Shown: piece after piece, positions 37,876 to 47,500 of the stretch | How the letters are laid out: the number at the start of each line of letters is the position of its first letter | Position numbering within the stretch: position 1 is the first letter of the stretch | NCBI GenBank assembly: GCA_016297845.1 | Contig: JAEDFV010000003.1 | Span: 4,062 to 68,061 of the forward strand | Reading direction: 5' to 3' | Source: Clostridia bacterium | GTDB lineage: Bacteria; Bacillota; Clostridia; Christensenellales; UBA1242 | Length of the DNA stretch: 64,000 nucleotides | The notes under the pieces: generated by a model | What the model saw: only the letters and a program-made list of their open reading frames with translations | What the model was told of the DNA's origin: nothing | The model's database searches: none | Program-made: the position numbers and the translations under genes

Positions 37876-37904
37876 ATTTGTTTTTATACATCAAAGGAGT
37901 AAAA

Positions 37905-39479
37905 ATGAAAAATTATTACATTACAACACCAATATATTACCCTAGCAATAAATTAACCCTTGGAAATTGTTACACAACTGTTCTTTGCGACGCTATAGCA
38001 AGATTCCACAGAAATTTGGGTGAAAATGTTTTCTTTTTGACAGGAACAGATGAACATGGTCAAAAAATAGCAAAAATTGCTAGTGAAAAGGGCATTAAAG
38101 AAATCGACTATTTAAACGAAATAATTGAAGACACAAAAGAGTTATGGAAAGAATTAAATATTTCTTATGACAAGTTTATAAGAACTACAGACAAATACCA
38201 TGAACAAACTGTTTCCAAAATATTTGACAAATTATATCAAAAAGGCGACATTTACAAATCAACTTATAAAGGTAAATATTGTGTTCCTTGTGAATCTTTT
38301 TGGAGCGATGACCAATTAATTGACGGGAAATGTCCTGATTGCGGAAGAGAGGTTGTTGAAGCAAACGAAGAATCATATTTCTTTAGACTAAGTAAGTATG
38401 AACCTGCCTTAAGAAAGTTGTATAGCGACAATCCTAATTTTCTTGTTCCAGTAAGCAGAGCAAACGAAATGATTAATAATTTCTTTAATCAAGGATTAAA
38501 AGATTTGTGCGTTTCAAGAAAAACTGTGAAATGGGGAATCCCTGTTTCATTCGACAAAGAACAAACCATTTATGTTTGGATTGATGCACTGTCAAATTAC
38601 ATTTCAGCACTTGGCTATTTGTCCGATGATGAAACTTTGTTCAAAAATTTTTGGCCAGCTGATGTCCATGTTGTTGGAAAAGAAATTATTCGCTTCCATG
38701 CAATAATTTGGCCAGCGATATTAATGGCACTAGACTTGCCTTTACCTAAACAAATATTTGGCCATGGTTGGTTAACATTTGGCAACGGAAAATTGAGCAA
38801 GAGCAAAGAAGTTGAAAAGAAAGAAGTTATTGACCCAAGAATTTTAAACGCTCGCTATTCATCAGATTCAGTTAGAAATTTTTTAATTGGGGAAATTTCT
38901 TTTGGACAAGATGGCCCATATACCCAAGAAGGTTTCTTAAATTCGTATAATGGGATTCTTGCCAACAAAGTTGGAAACATTTTTTCTCGCTTGACTGGAA
39001 TGGTTATAAAATATAATGCTGGAATTATTGAAAAAGGAAACAACGAACAAGAAATTGATTTCAATTTTAAAAATAAAATCAAAGAATTGAAATCGGAATG
39101 TATATCAAATATGTTGGAACTTAAACCAACTTTGGCATATAAATCAGCATTAAAAATTATTGATGAATGCAACTCATACATTGATAATAACAAACCATGG
39201 GAACTTGCAAAAGACGAAAATAATGCTTCTAGAATAAATTCTATCTTATATTTCTCAGTTCAAGCAATGTTGGAAGCATACACCCTTCTCAATGCTTTTT
39301 TGCCAGAAAGTACAAAAAAAGTTTTAACAATTTTTGGAATAGATAAAGTTCAAATAAACGAACAATCGATTTTTGATTTTGAAATAGACAAAATTAAATT
39401 GGAAAAGAATGAACCATTATTTGCAAGATTAGATATTGCAAAAGAAATGGCAGAATTGAACACAATTGCAAATTCTTAG
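37905..39479 (+). CDS. metG: Methionine--tRNA ligase (short form without C-terminal tRNA-binding domain)
   Basis: ITTPIYYPSNKLTLGNCY (HIGH-region equivalent), zinc knuckles CVPCESFW...CPDCG, and the KLSKS (KMSKS) motif. Start at ATG 37905 after AAAGGAG. The track start at 37794 lies inside the tRNA. Confidence 0.95.
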   Translation: MKNYYITTPIYYPSNKLTLGNCYTTVLCDAIARFHRNLGENVFFLTGTDEHGQKIAKIASEKGIKEIDYLNEIIEDTKELWKELNISYDKFIRTTDKYHEQTVSKIFDKLYQKGDIYKSTYKGKYCVPCESFWSDDQLIDGKCPDCGREVVEANEESYFFRLSKYEPALRKLYSDNPNFLVPVSRANEMINNFFNQGLKDLCVSRKTVKWGIPVSFDKEQTIYVWIDALSNYISALGYLSDDETLFKNFWPADVHVVGKEIIRFHAIIWPAILMALDLPLPKQIFGHGWLTFGNGKLSKSKEVEKKEVIDPRILNARYSSDSVRNFLIGEISFGQDGPYTQEGFLNSYNGILANKVGNIFSRLTGMVIKYNAGIIEKGNNEQEIDFNFKNKIKELKSECISNMLELKPTLAYKSALKIIDECNSYIDNNKPWELAKDENNASRINSILYFSVQAMLEAYTLLNAFLPESTKKVLTIFGIDKVQINEQSIFDFEIDKIKLEKNEPLFARLDIAKEMAELNTIANS

Positions 39480-39496
39480 TAAATATTTGTAAAAAA

Positions 39497-39524
39497 ATGT
39501 TGAAGATTTCTTCAACGTTTTTTA
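39497..39524 (+). terminator. Intrinsic terminator after metG
   Basis: Stem GTTGAAG/CTTCAAC (39499-39505/39510-39516), then GTTTTTT. Confidence 0.7.
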
Positions 39525-39541
39525 TTATTCCAAAAAGGATA

Positions 39542-39570
39542 TTGACACTTTGCAGAGAAAATAGTAAAAT
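39542..39570 (+). promoter_or_regulatory. Candidate promoter of the 145-aa gene (TTGACA-17-TAAAAT)
   Basis: TTGACA 39542-39547, 17-nt spacer, TAAAAT 39565-39570. SD AAGGAG precedes the ATG at 39588. Confidence 0.55.
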
Positions 39571-39587
39571 TATATTAAGGAGAAATT

Positions 39588-40025
39588 ATGAATATCAAAA
39601 ATGCAGAATTTTTAAAAGAAATTGAAAAAAATTATAAATCTGGTGACCTTGTCCGAGAAATGAAAGATAGAATTTCCAGAATCTATAAAAGCGAAAAAAT
39701 CCAACAATCAAAAGAAAAATCAAATATTTCAGATTGTTTATACACTTTGATTTTAACTGAAAGTTTATTTGATAGATATGACAACTCCATACATGGAAAT
39801 AAACAAAAAATTTCTTGTATTAGACTTATGGAAATTCCAACAGATAAATTACTTGGTTATATTTGTGACCACTATGAAGTTATCTCTCAAAGCGAAAACA
39901 TCAGTGAACAACTTAGAGATGAATTTAAAAATAACTCTGAACGACTTAATAAATTTAAATTTTATTTACAAAATAATATGTCAAAGTTCGGACTAAATAG
40001 AAATTTTTTTATCAATGAAAAATAA
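39588..40025 (+). CDS. Hypothetical cytoplasmic protein (145 aa)
   Basis: Good SD and its own promoter. I recognise no family. Confidence 0.6.
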   Translation: MNIKNAEFLKEIEKNYKSGDLVREMKDRISRIYKSEKIQQSKEKSNISDCLYTLILTESLFDRYDNSIHGNKQKISCIRLMEIPTDKLLGYICDHYEVISQSENISEQLRDEFKNNSERLNKFKFYLQNNMSKFGLNRNFFINEK

Positions 40026-40141
40026 TTGACAATATTATTTTGTCAAATATTTGGTTATATTCATATAGTATATAAAAGTTTACAAATCGGGCTAGTTCGA
40101 CATAATATCCTTTTTTAGGGTATAATCCTACATATTTCTGC

Positions 40142-40169
40142 TTGATTTTTATTGTACAAATGATATAAT
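40142..40169 (+). promoter_or_regulatory. Candidate promoter of the 130-aa membrane protein gene (TTGATT-16-TATAAT, TG-extended)
   Basis: TTGATT 40142-40147, 16-nt spacer ending in TGA, TATAAT 40164-40169. Confidence 0.5.
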
Positions 40170-40192
40170 TCAATCAGTAAAGGAGCATTGTT

Positions 40193-40585
40193 ATGAACGA
40201 TTATGATATTTTGTCTGATGACGAAGAAGAAACAGACGTTGAACCTGAAATTATTGTTGAAGAAAAAAAAATTAAAACACAAAAAGTTTTGAAAATGAAA
40301 GACAGCGACAAAAATAATTTTTTTAAAAGCGCTTTCAGTCTTAATTTTCTTCCAATCACTCTTTCTATTATTTCAATGTTTTTGACCATGTTCGTTAAAT
40401 TCATTCCACTTGTTAGTTATTCGTCAAGTTCTTATAAAGCAGTTGGGGCATTATTTTTTATCTCTTTTGGAGTTGCTCTTGCTGGGCTTGTAATTGAAAT
40501 AATTAAGATGGCGAAAGAAAAAAGATTTATATTTTCTGTGAGTCTTATTCTTTCACTTGTCGCTATCGCAATTCTTGCAATTTAA
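40193..40585 (+). CDS. Hypothetical membrane protein (130 aa) with an acidic N-terminus and 3 predicted TM segments
   Basis: SD AAAGGAG. The N-terminus is DDEEETDVEPE, followed by hydrophobic segments. Confidence 0.6.
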   Translation: MNDYDILSDDEEETDVEPEIIVEEKKIKTQKVLKMKDSDKNNFFKSAFSLNFLPITLSIISMFLTMFVKFIPLVSYSSSSYKAVGALFFISFGVALAGLVIEIIKMAKEKRFIFSVSLILSLVAIAILAI

Positions 40586-40592
40586 TTAAATT

Positions 40593-40621
40593 AACCTTCT
40601 TAAAATAAGAAGGTTTTTTTA
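40593..40621 (+). terminator. Intrinsic terminator after the 130-aa gene
   Basis: Stem AACCTTCTT/AAGAAGGTT (40593-40601/40607-40615), then a T run. Confidence 0.75.
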
Positions 40622-40692
40622 TGAATTTTTTTCTTTTACATAGCTAAAATATTTGATTTGCTAAAATTTTGCGTATACTATATATATAAGAG

Positions 40693-41631
40693 GTGAATAT
40701 GTCTGCACTTGATATTTTTTTTATTATTTTGGGAAGCATAGCAGGGTTGTTCCTTTTATGGATAATAATTGGAACAATAACTTTTTTTGTTTCTCTGAGA
40801 AAAGGTTGTTTCGCAGGAAAAATTATTAATGGAAGTTTTAGAAAAGATTTAAAACATTACAAAATTGACTATTCATGGTGGGACAAAGTCAAAACTGAAA
40901 AAATTGTTGTTGAAAGCGGAAAAGAAAAACTTTCTGGCGTTATTCTTCGAAACAATTCAAACAAAGTTGCAATTTGTGTGCACGGAATTTTTGGGTTTTA
41001 CAAGGACATGAGTCCTCAAGCAAAATTTCTTTATGAACAAGGTTTTAATATCCTTGCTGTTGACCTTCGTTCTCATGGCGAAACAACGGGCAAATATATT
41101 TCAATGGGTTTTTTCGAAAAAGATGATATAGTTGTCTGGACAAAACAAGCAATTAAAATTTTTGGTGAACAATCTCAAATTGTACTTCTAGGAATTTCTA
41201 TGGGTGCATCAACTGTTGTTTTTACAAGCGGGGAAAATCTTCCAAAAAATGTGAAATGTGTTGTTTCTGACAGCGGATACAAAGATGCATATGAACAACT
41301 TAAATATGTCTGCAAAAAGAAATTGCATATACCTCCATTTTTGGTCTTACCTGTTGCAAATATGTGCTGCAAAATTTTTGTGAAATTTAACTTAAAAGAC
41401 GTCAGACCAATTGATTCTGTCAAAAAAACAAAACTTCCAATTCTTTTCTTTCACGGAAGTGATGACAAATTTGTTCCATGTTATATGTCAAAAGATATGT
41501 ATGAAGTTTCGAACAAAAAAATATGCGAACTTGTTATAACAAAAGGAGCAGGGCATGTATTAAGTTATTCTGTTGACAAAGAGAACTATCAAAAGCATCT
41601 TACTTCTTTTATTAACAAGTGGATAAACTGA
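40693..41631 (+). CDS. Membrane-anchored alpha/beta hydrolase (serine hydrolase)
   Basis: N-terminal TM helix, the nucleophile elbow GISMGAS, and the HG..D..V pattern near the C-terminus. The start is ambiguous between GTG 40693 and ATG 40699. Confidence 0.8.
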   Translation: MNMSALDIFFIILGSIAGLFLLWIIIGTITFFVSLRKGCFAGKIINGSFRKDLKHYKIDYSWWDKVKTEKIVVESGKEKLSGVILRNNSNKVAICVHGIFGFYKDMSPQAKFLYEQGFNILAVDLRSHGETTGKYISMGFFEKDDIVVWTKQAIKIFGEQSQIVLLGISMGASTVVFTSGENLPKNVKCVVSDSGYKDAYEQLKYVCKKKLHIPPFLVLPVANMCCKIFVKFNLKDVRPIDSVKKTKLPILFFHGSDDKFVPCYMSKDMYEVSNKKICELVITKGAGHVLSYSVDKENYQKHLTSFINKWIN

Positions 41632-41696
41632 TTGATATTTGTTTGACTTAGATTTTAAAAAATGTTAACATGTTCCCAAAAATAAAAGGAAGCGCT

Positions 41697-43034
41697 ATGA
41701 AAAAATTTACCTCGTCAATTTTGGTTTTATGTTTAATCGTTGTGGGTTTTCTATTTGTTGGTTGCGGAGAAACAGACAAAGAAATTATTTTGACTGGAGG
41801 GCCTGCTTATGAAGAAAACGTATATGGCAACGGAGGATATGCTGTTTCAAAAGGTGACTATGTATACTTTACAGACGCATATTTAAAACTTTCTTCCGCA
41901 AGTTCTGATACAAAATCAACACTAATTTCTGGAGATGTGTCTGAAACAGGAATTTATCGTGCAAGAATGACAACTGGAATTATTGCTGAAGTTGAAACAC
42001 CAGTCCTTTCAGAAGTCCAACTTATGGTTAAAAAATCAGTTGGAACAGAAAACTGTGGGCTTTATATCTTTAAAGACAAGTTATATTTCGGAACTCCAAC
42101 AACTCAATCTGATAGCTCTGGAGTCAGATATGACCTTATTACATTCTATTCATGTAATCTTGATGGATCGAATGTTAAAAAACTTTATCAAACAGAAAGT
42201 TTTAATAATGGAAAATATTCTATGACAATGATTGACAAAAATGTCTATCTCATGGTTTACACGGGAAATGACATCATTCTTGTCTCAGAAAATGGTGACT
42301 CAAAAAAAATTGCAACAAATGTTACAGGAACAATTTTACCAACAAGAACAAATGTAACAAACAATGATGAAAATCCAAGTTCAATTAACTGTTTCATCTA
42401 TTACACAAAAGCAAAAGAAAAAGTTGACGGACTCGATAATGGAAACACTTTGTATAAATTTGATATTAAATCGGGGAAAGTTTCAACTGTTTATGAGGAA
42501 GATAAAATTTCAATTGACCTTTTAACTTTAGAAGGTGACAGACTTTTCTACACAAGAAATGAACTTATTGGTTCTGTTTCAATAACATCAGTATATTCAA
42601 ATACTCTTGATGGTGAATTTAAAATAAATGAAATCAAACATTTGTCTGATTCTTCACTTTCAATTGTTCCTCTTGGAATAAAAGATGGAAATAATCTTGG
42701 CTTCGCATATCTTAATGGAGCAGATAAAATTATAATAAAAAACCTTAACGGAACTGACGGTGAAATAATTGACTCTGATGTTACATCTATAATAACAGCA
42801 AGAAACGGTTATATCTACTATGTTAAATCTAGCGCTATTTATAGACACAGTGTAACAAACACAACTGAAACTGCTGTAAAACTTAGCGGTTCACTTACAA
42901 TAAAAACAGATTTTTATGATATAGATGAAGATTATTTCTATTTCTTCGCAGAAGATTCAACAAAAACAACAAAAACTTCGCTATATCGTGTAGACCTTGA
43001 CAGTTCAGATAAAACACCAGTTAAAATGGCATAA
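41697..43034 (+). CDS. Lipoprotein with repeated aromatic beta-strand motifs (beta-propeller-like, possibly DUF5050-type)
   Basis: Signal peptide MKKFTSSILVLCLIVVGFLFVGC with a lipobox Cys, and recurrent YVYFTD / LYFGTP / RLFYTRN / YIYYVK / YFYFFAED motifs. Start at ATG 41697 after AAAGGAAG. The family call is tentative. Confidence 0.7.
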   Translation: MKKFTSSILVLCLIVVGFLFVGCGETDKEIILTGGPAYEENVYGNGGYAVSKGDYVYFTDAYLKLSSASSDTKSTLISGDVSETGIYRARMTTGIIAEVETPVLSEVQLMVKKSVGTENCGLYIFKDKLYFGTPTTQSDSSGVRYDLITFYSCNLDGSNVKKLYQTESFNNGKYSMTMIDKNVYLMVYTGNDIILVSENGDSKKIATNVTGTILPTRTNVTNNDENPSSINCFIYYTKAKEKVDGLDNGNTLYKFDIKSGKVSTVYEEDKISIDLLTLEGDRLFYTRNELIGSVSITSVYSNTLDGEFKINEIKHLSDSSLSIVPLGIKDGNNLGFAYLNGADKIIIKNLNGTDGEIIDSDVTSIITARNGYIYYVKSSAIYRHSVTNTTETAVKLSGSLTIKTDFYDIDEDYFYFFAEDSTKTTKTSLYRVDLDSSDKTPVKMA

Positions 43035-43035
43035 A

Positions 43036-43061
43036 ATAGGAAAGAAATTTCCTATTTTTTT
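43036..43061. terminator. Bidirectional intrinsic terminator
   Basis: Stem ATAGGAAA/TTTCCTAT (43036-43043/43048-43055), flanked by A and T runs between convergent genes. Confidence 0.7.
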
Positions 43062-43665
43062 ATGCTCGCCTTTTTCGAAGTCGCAAACGGAGACGCTTTC
43101 GCTTTCTCTTTGGTTTAACATAGTAAAGCAATCTTTTTATTATAGGCGTTGTTCGTTTATAAATATCATAATATATAATTGCTATAATTGCGACAATTAA
43201 ACTTATAACTTGACCAAGTATTGAAATATACGCACCTATAAGTGAATTGTAAATTATTAAAATTACAGGGTCCAAAATCATTCCAATTCTTAGAATGTAC
43301 ATATTATCTTGCCATGAAACAAATGTAAACATGAATATACTTAACAAAATAAAGGAATCAACTGGACTTTTCCATGTTATACCTGCAATTATGATAAAGG
43401 AAACTTCAAAAGTTAAAAGAACATATATATTAGGTTTTATATTATAATGATCATACAGAAAAAATATAATTGTTCTTATAAGTGTTGCAGTTGACAAAAA
43501 AACTCCTGCAACTTGGTCAAGAAGAAAATATGTCAAAATAGAAATCAAATTTGACAAACATATGCAAATAAGCGCCTTTGCTTTTGTTTTTTGGAGGCGT
43601 GTCAATATAGTAAAAATTACAGATAATATTTGTGAGGCAATTATCATACTAGTTAATATTATCAT
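43060..43665 (-). CDS. Multi-pass membrane protein (YgjV-like?) with a polybasic C-terminal tail
   Basis: 201 aa with about 6 hydrophobic segments. The C-terminus is KPKRKRKRLRLRLRKRRA. The family assignment is weak. Confidence 0.6.
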   Translation of the reverse strand: MIILTSMIIASQILSVIFTILTRLQKTKAKALICICLSNLISILTYFLLDQVAGVFLSTATLIRTIIFFLYDHYNIKPNIYVLLTFEVSFIIIAGITWKSPVDSFILLSIFMFTFVSWQDNMYILRIGMILDPVILIIYNSLIGAYISILGQVISLIVAIIAIIYYDIYKRTTPIIKRLLYYVKPKRKRKRLRLRLRKRRA

Positions 43666-43754
43666 CTTTTTAAGTTAAAATAAATCAAATAATGATAAAA
43701 TTCTTGATATTTGCGCTCAAAAAATATATAATAAAACTGTAGGGGAGATTTTTT

Positions 43755-44402
43755 ATGAGAAAAGGTAGGGGGCTTTTAACAACCGCAGGAGTTTTAAATA
43801 TTATATTTGGACTTGGTCTAATTGCGATTGTTGCCATGTTTTTTCTTTATAGTGAACCATTTGAAATATTAATTGGCACATTTATATCGATATTGAATCT
43901 TATTTTACAAGACCCAATTGCTTCTTTGGTTTATGGCTCATATGGTGCCATTGTAATTTACGCTATACTGGGTATTTTTTCATTCATTATTGGAATTGTA
44001 ACAGTTGTAAAATCTAAAAAGGAAGCAGGGGAATATTACAAAAAAATTGGTTCTTTCATATATTTTACTATTTCCGAAGCACTTATTCTTGCATTTTTTG
44101 TTTTTAATTTTGTTGTTTATTTTACTAACACTGCAACAATTGATATTCCTCTTATCTGTTTAACTGGATTGGCTTTTATCATTTTTGTTCTTCTATTTCT
44201 TGGAACTATTAGACTTGGAATTGGGAAAAAACAAGCACTTAAACCAACCGTTGATGTTAAAACTATTCCTCAACTCAATGAATATAACGACGAGAGCGTT
44301 GACCTTATAACAAAAATCAAACGTTTAAATGCACTGAAAGATTCAGGCGAAATTACACAAAAACAATACTTAGATGCAAAAGCAAAGCTTCTTGGCGAAT
44401 AA
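43755..44402 (+). CDS. Membrane protein with a C-terminal SHOCT domain
   Basis: Four or five TM segments. The C-terminus KRLNALKDSGEITQKQYLDAKAKLLGE matches the SHOCT (short C-terminal domain) pattern. Confidence 0.7.
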   Translation: MRKGRGLLTTAGVLNIIFGLGLIAIVAMFFLYSEPFEILIGTFISILNLILQDPIASLVYGSYGAIVIYAILGIFSFIIGIVTVVKSKKEAGEYYKKIGSFIYFTISEALILAFFVFNFVVYFTNTATIDIPLICLTGLAFIIFVLLFLGTIRLGIGKKQALKPTVDVKTIPQLNEYNDESVDLITKIKRLNALKDSGEITQKQYLDAKAKLLGE

Positions 44403-44513
44403 CTTTTTGTTAATTCGCCTTTTTTTTATTTTTTTCTCGTTCATTGGCGGAAAATAGATTGAAATATTCCGTTAAAAAGATTATAATTAGGAAATAATTA
44501 ATTTGGAGTATAT

Positions 44514-47500
44514 ATGAATATAAGTCTTATTATCACACTAAGTGTATATATTGTACTAATTTTGAGTCTAGTTATTGGATTTTTAATTGGTCTTAAACGC
44601 GGTCTTGTCAAAAGTTCAATTCGATTTGGGACCTTTATATTGTGTGCAATAATTGCTGGACTTATAACTGTTCCAATTTCAAAAGCTATTTTGAATGCTG
44701 ATATTTCAAATCTTGGAATAGTTATCAATGGAAAAGTCGCTTCTTCCATAACAGAAGTAGTTAAAGGCTTAACTCTTTCAAACGAAAAAATTGCCGAAGC
44801 AGTCAATGCTATGCCATCAGTTATGACTCTTATTGAATCTCTTCCTGCAATTATTATGAATATTGTTGTCTTCTTCGTTCTTGTTCTTGTTATGATATTT
44901 ATAAGTTGGATAATATATGTGATAATAGCAAAAACCGCACTCAAACAAAGCAAAATTGAAAGAATGGCAAAAAAACAAAAAAAACTTGCTGAAAAAACAT
45001 CAAAAGGGCAACTTATAAAACCTGAACTTCAACAAATTCCAATTCCAAAGAAAAAGAAATATAGATGGTGGGGAGCATGTGTTGGTCTTGTCAATGGATT
45101 CGTTCTCATATTCCTATTGTTGCTTCCAATTACATCAATTACGTCAACTTTTTCTGACATAACTCATCAAGAAACAGTTAGTGCTGAAAGCGAAATTCTA
45201 ACTGAAACAAGTTCCGACATAATCAGATATTATGTTGGCTCTGACATAATCTCATATGCAAATGCTTATTCAGACAGTGTTGCCGGAAAAATTTTAACTC
45301 TCGGTGGACTTGATGATGTAATTTTTGATTCGATTGCTTCCACTAAAGTGAATAACGAAAAAGTTGCCATTCGTTCTGACATTAAAAATTTTGCAAAAAT
45401 ATATGACAAAACAGTTCTTCTAATTGATGAAATAGGAACTCTTGATTCATATTCTAAAATAGATTTTGAAAAGGTTGATGAAATTTTTAATAGCACTTTC
45501 AACCTTGGTGTTTTCCGTGCAGTTGTTGGCGACGTTGTTCCATATGTACTTGATTATTTCTATTCAACAGACGTATTTAAAAATCTTGAACACAACTCAG
45601 AAATAAAATTAGTCGCTGATGCAGTTATTGAAGAATTAAAAATAAATCCTAACGATTTTGTGAACGTTCTCAAAACTCAACTTGGCGGTGTAATTGAAGT
45701 TGGCAAAACTGCTTGCAAAGTTGGTCTTGTTGACGACATAATTGGAGGAAAAACTGATTATAGAACAATTATAAATTCACTTTCGAAAGATGATTATGCA
45801 CTTTTGAATTCTATCTCTGAAAATTTAATTCCTCTTTCTGCAACAAAAGTTATTATTTCAGAAGGTGGAAACATTGTCATTGACAGTCTTGAAAAAAAAT
45901 TAAGTGAAGAAATTAATCTTGGAGAGATTGAAACAAAAAATGTTGATTGGAACAATTTTAAATCAACTTTTACAGACGAAGCAAAATTGCTTTTGAAAAC
46001 ATTTGATATAATAGACAAATATGATGCCGACAAAGTTTTTGCAGATTTTTCAATCCTTGTTAAAAAAGACATTGATTCAAACGACTTTGGAGAACTTGTT
46101 GATTGTGTTTCAAAAACTATAAGATATTTACAAACAAATCCTCTGTTTGTTGGTCAAAGCATAAACACTTTTAATGCTCTTATAGATTATGCTGAAACAG
46201 ATGATAGGTTTAAAGAATTTGTAGATGCAAAGGTTATAAAAACAAGTAACTTGGAAGAAGAAATTTCAAACTTGAAATCTTCTGTTGTCGCTCTTCAACA
46301 AAGCGGAATTTTATATCATGCTTTGAAAGAAGAACTTGATGTTGATTTTGTTGCAAAACAACTTTCTGAAAAAATTGGAGATAAAACAACAACAAAAGTT
46401 ATTTTATCACCACTTCTCGATTCAAAATTAGCACAAAAAACAATAAAATTTGGTCTTAAAAAGTTTAATGAACAAGTTCCTACTTTGAGAGATGCACTTG
46501 GTGAAAGTGTTTCTGAAATTGATTTAACAAATTTCACATATCTCTCTGCTGAAGACAAAGCACGAACAATAGAGAGTGCAGAAAGTATTGTTGAAGCAGT
46601 TTGTGTTTTTGGATACACAAATTTTAGAGACAACGCATTTGAAACTGTATTTACTTTTAATGATTTAGACGCGAATAACATTGTTAAGTCAACTTATATC
46701 GCCAATGTTTTGAACAACCTCAAGCAAATCTCTATTTTTGAAAAAACTTACTATTCAATCTTTGATGCACTTACTACAAATGAAAAATATTCAAAGCTTA
46801 TGTCAGCAGAAGTTGTAAAGGACTCAGATTTTTCATGGAACACTGAATTGGAATTTTTGGACACTTTATTAAGTATAGTAAAAAAAGAAACTGACGGAGA
46901 TTCTATTAAAAAAGTCATGTATCCTGATGGACAATATAAAGAAGTCGTAATAAACAATACTATGATTTCCAAAATATTTAAACTTTCACTTCTTCCATTA
47001 AATGAAACAAAGCCTGAAGAAACTTCTTTAAATACACTTGTCACAACGTTATATCAAAGTAAACTTTTCAAAAAAGCTCTCCCATATATTTTAAATATAG
47101 TTAATGAAAGAGTCGAAAAAGTTGTTTCTACTTTAGAAAATCAAATTGATATTGCTGATGTAACAATTGAACAGTTAGAAGAAAGTCAAAAATCAGACAT
47201 AATTGCTGTTTTGGAAAATCTAGCAAAATGCTTTGACATTATAACCAAAGAAGAGTTTAAACTTGAACTGTTAAATGACGATGAAATTGTTCTCGTTGGA
47301 AATTTCTTAAATTCATTAAAAGAAAATGCATTTGACTATATCGACGGAACACCAAACGAAAATTGTGTTTTGACATCAGATGGCAAAAACATTGAAAACG
47401 GAGGAATTTTCTCTCAACTTTACATCGCTATGATAGACTATGCGAAGTCAAGTTATGAAATTTCACCAACAATTTCTTATGGAGAAATTGAATGGATAAA

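Noticed and set aside
37794-37904. N-terminal 37 codons of the track ORF 37794-39479
   Set aside because: This part overlaps the tRNA-Ser gene. A proper SD and ATG occur at 37905, where the MetRS homology begins.
9910-40025. Shared motif YKSGD(F/L)VR near the N-termini of the 119-aa (9910-10269) and 145-aa (39588-40025) hypothetical proteins
   Set aside because: Only this 8-residue stretch matches, and the rest of the two proteins do not align collinearly by eye. That is insufficient to claim paralogy without a profile comparison.
40026-40046. Inverted repeat TTGACAA-N7-TTGTCAA after the 145-aa gene
   Set aside because: It is most simply a weak transcription terminator or an incidental palindrome containing a -35-like hexamer. 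It has no T run of note and does not recur.
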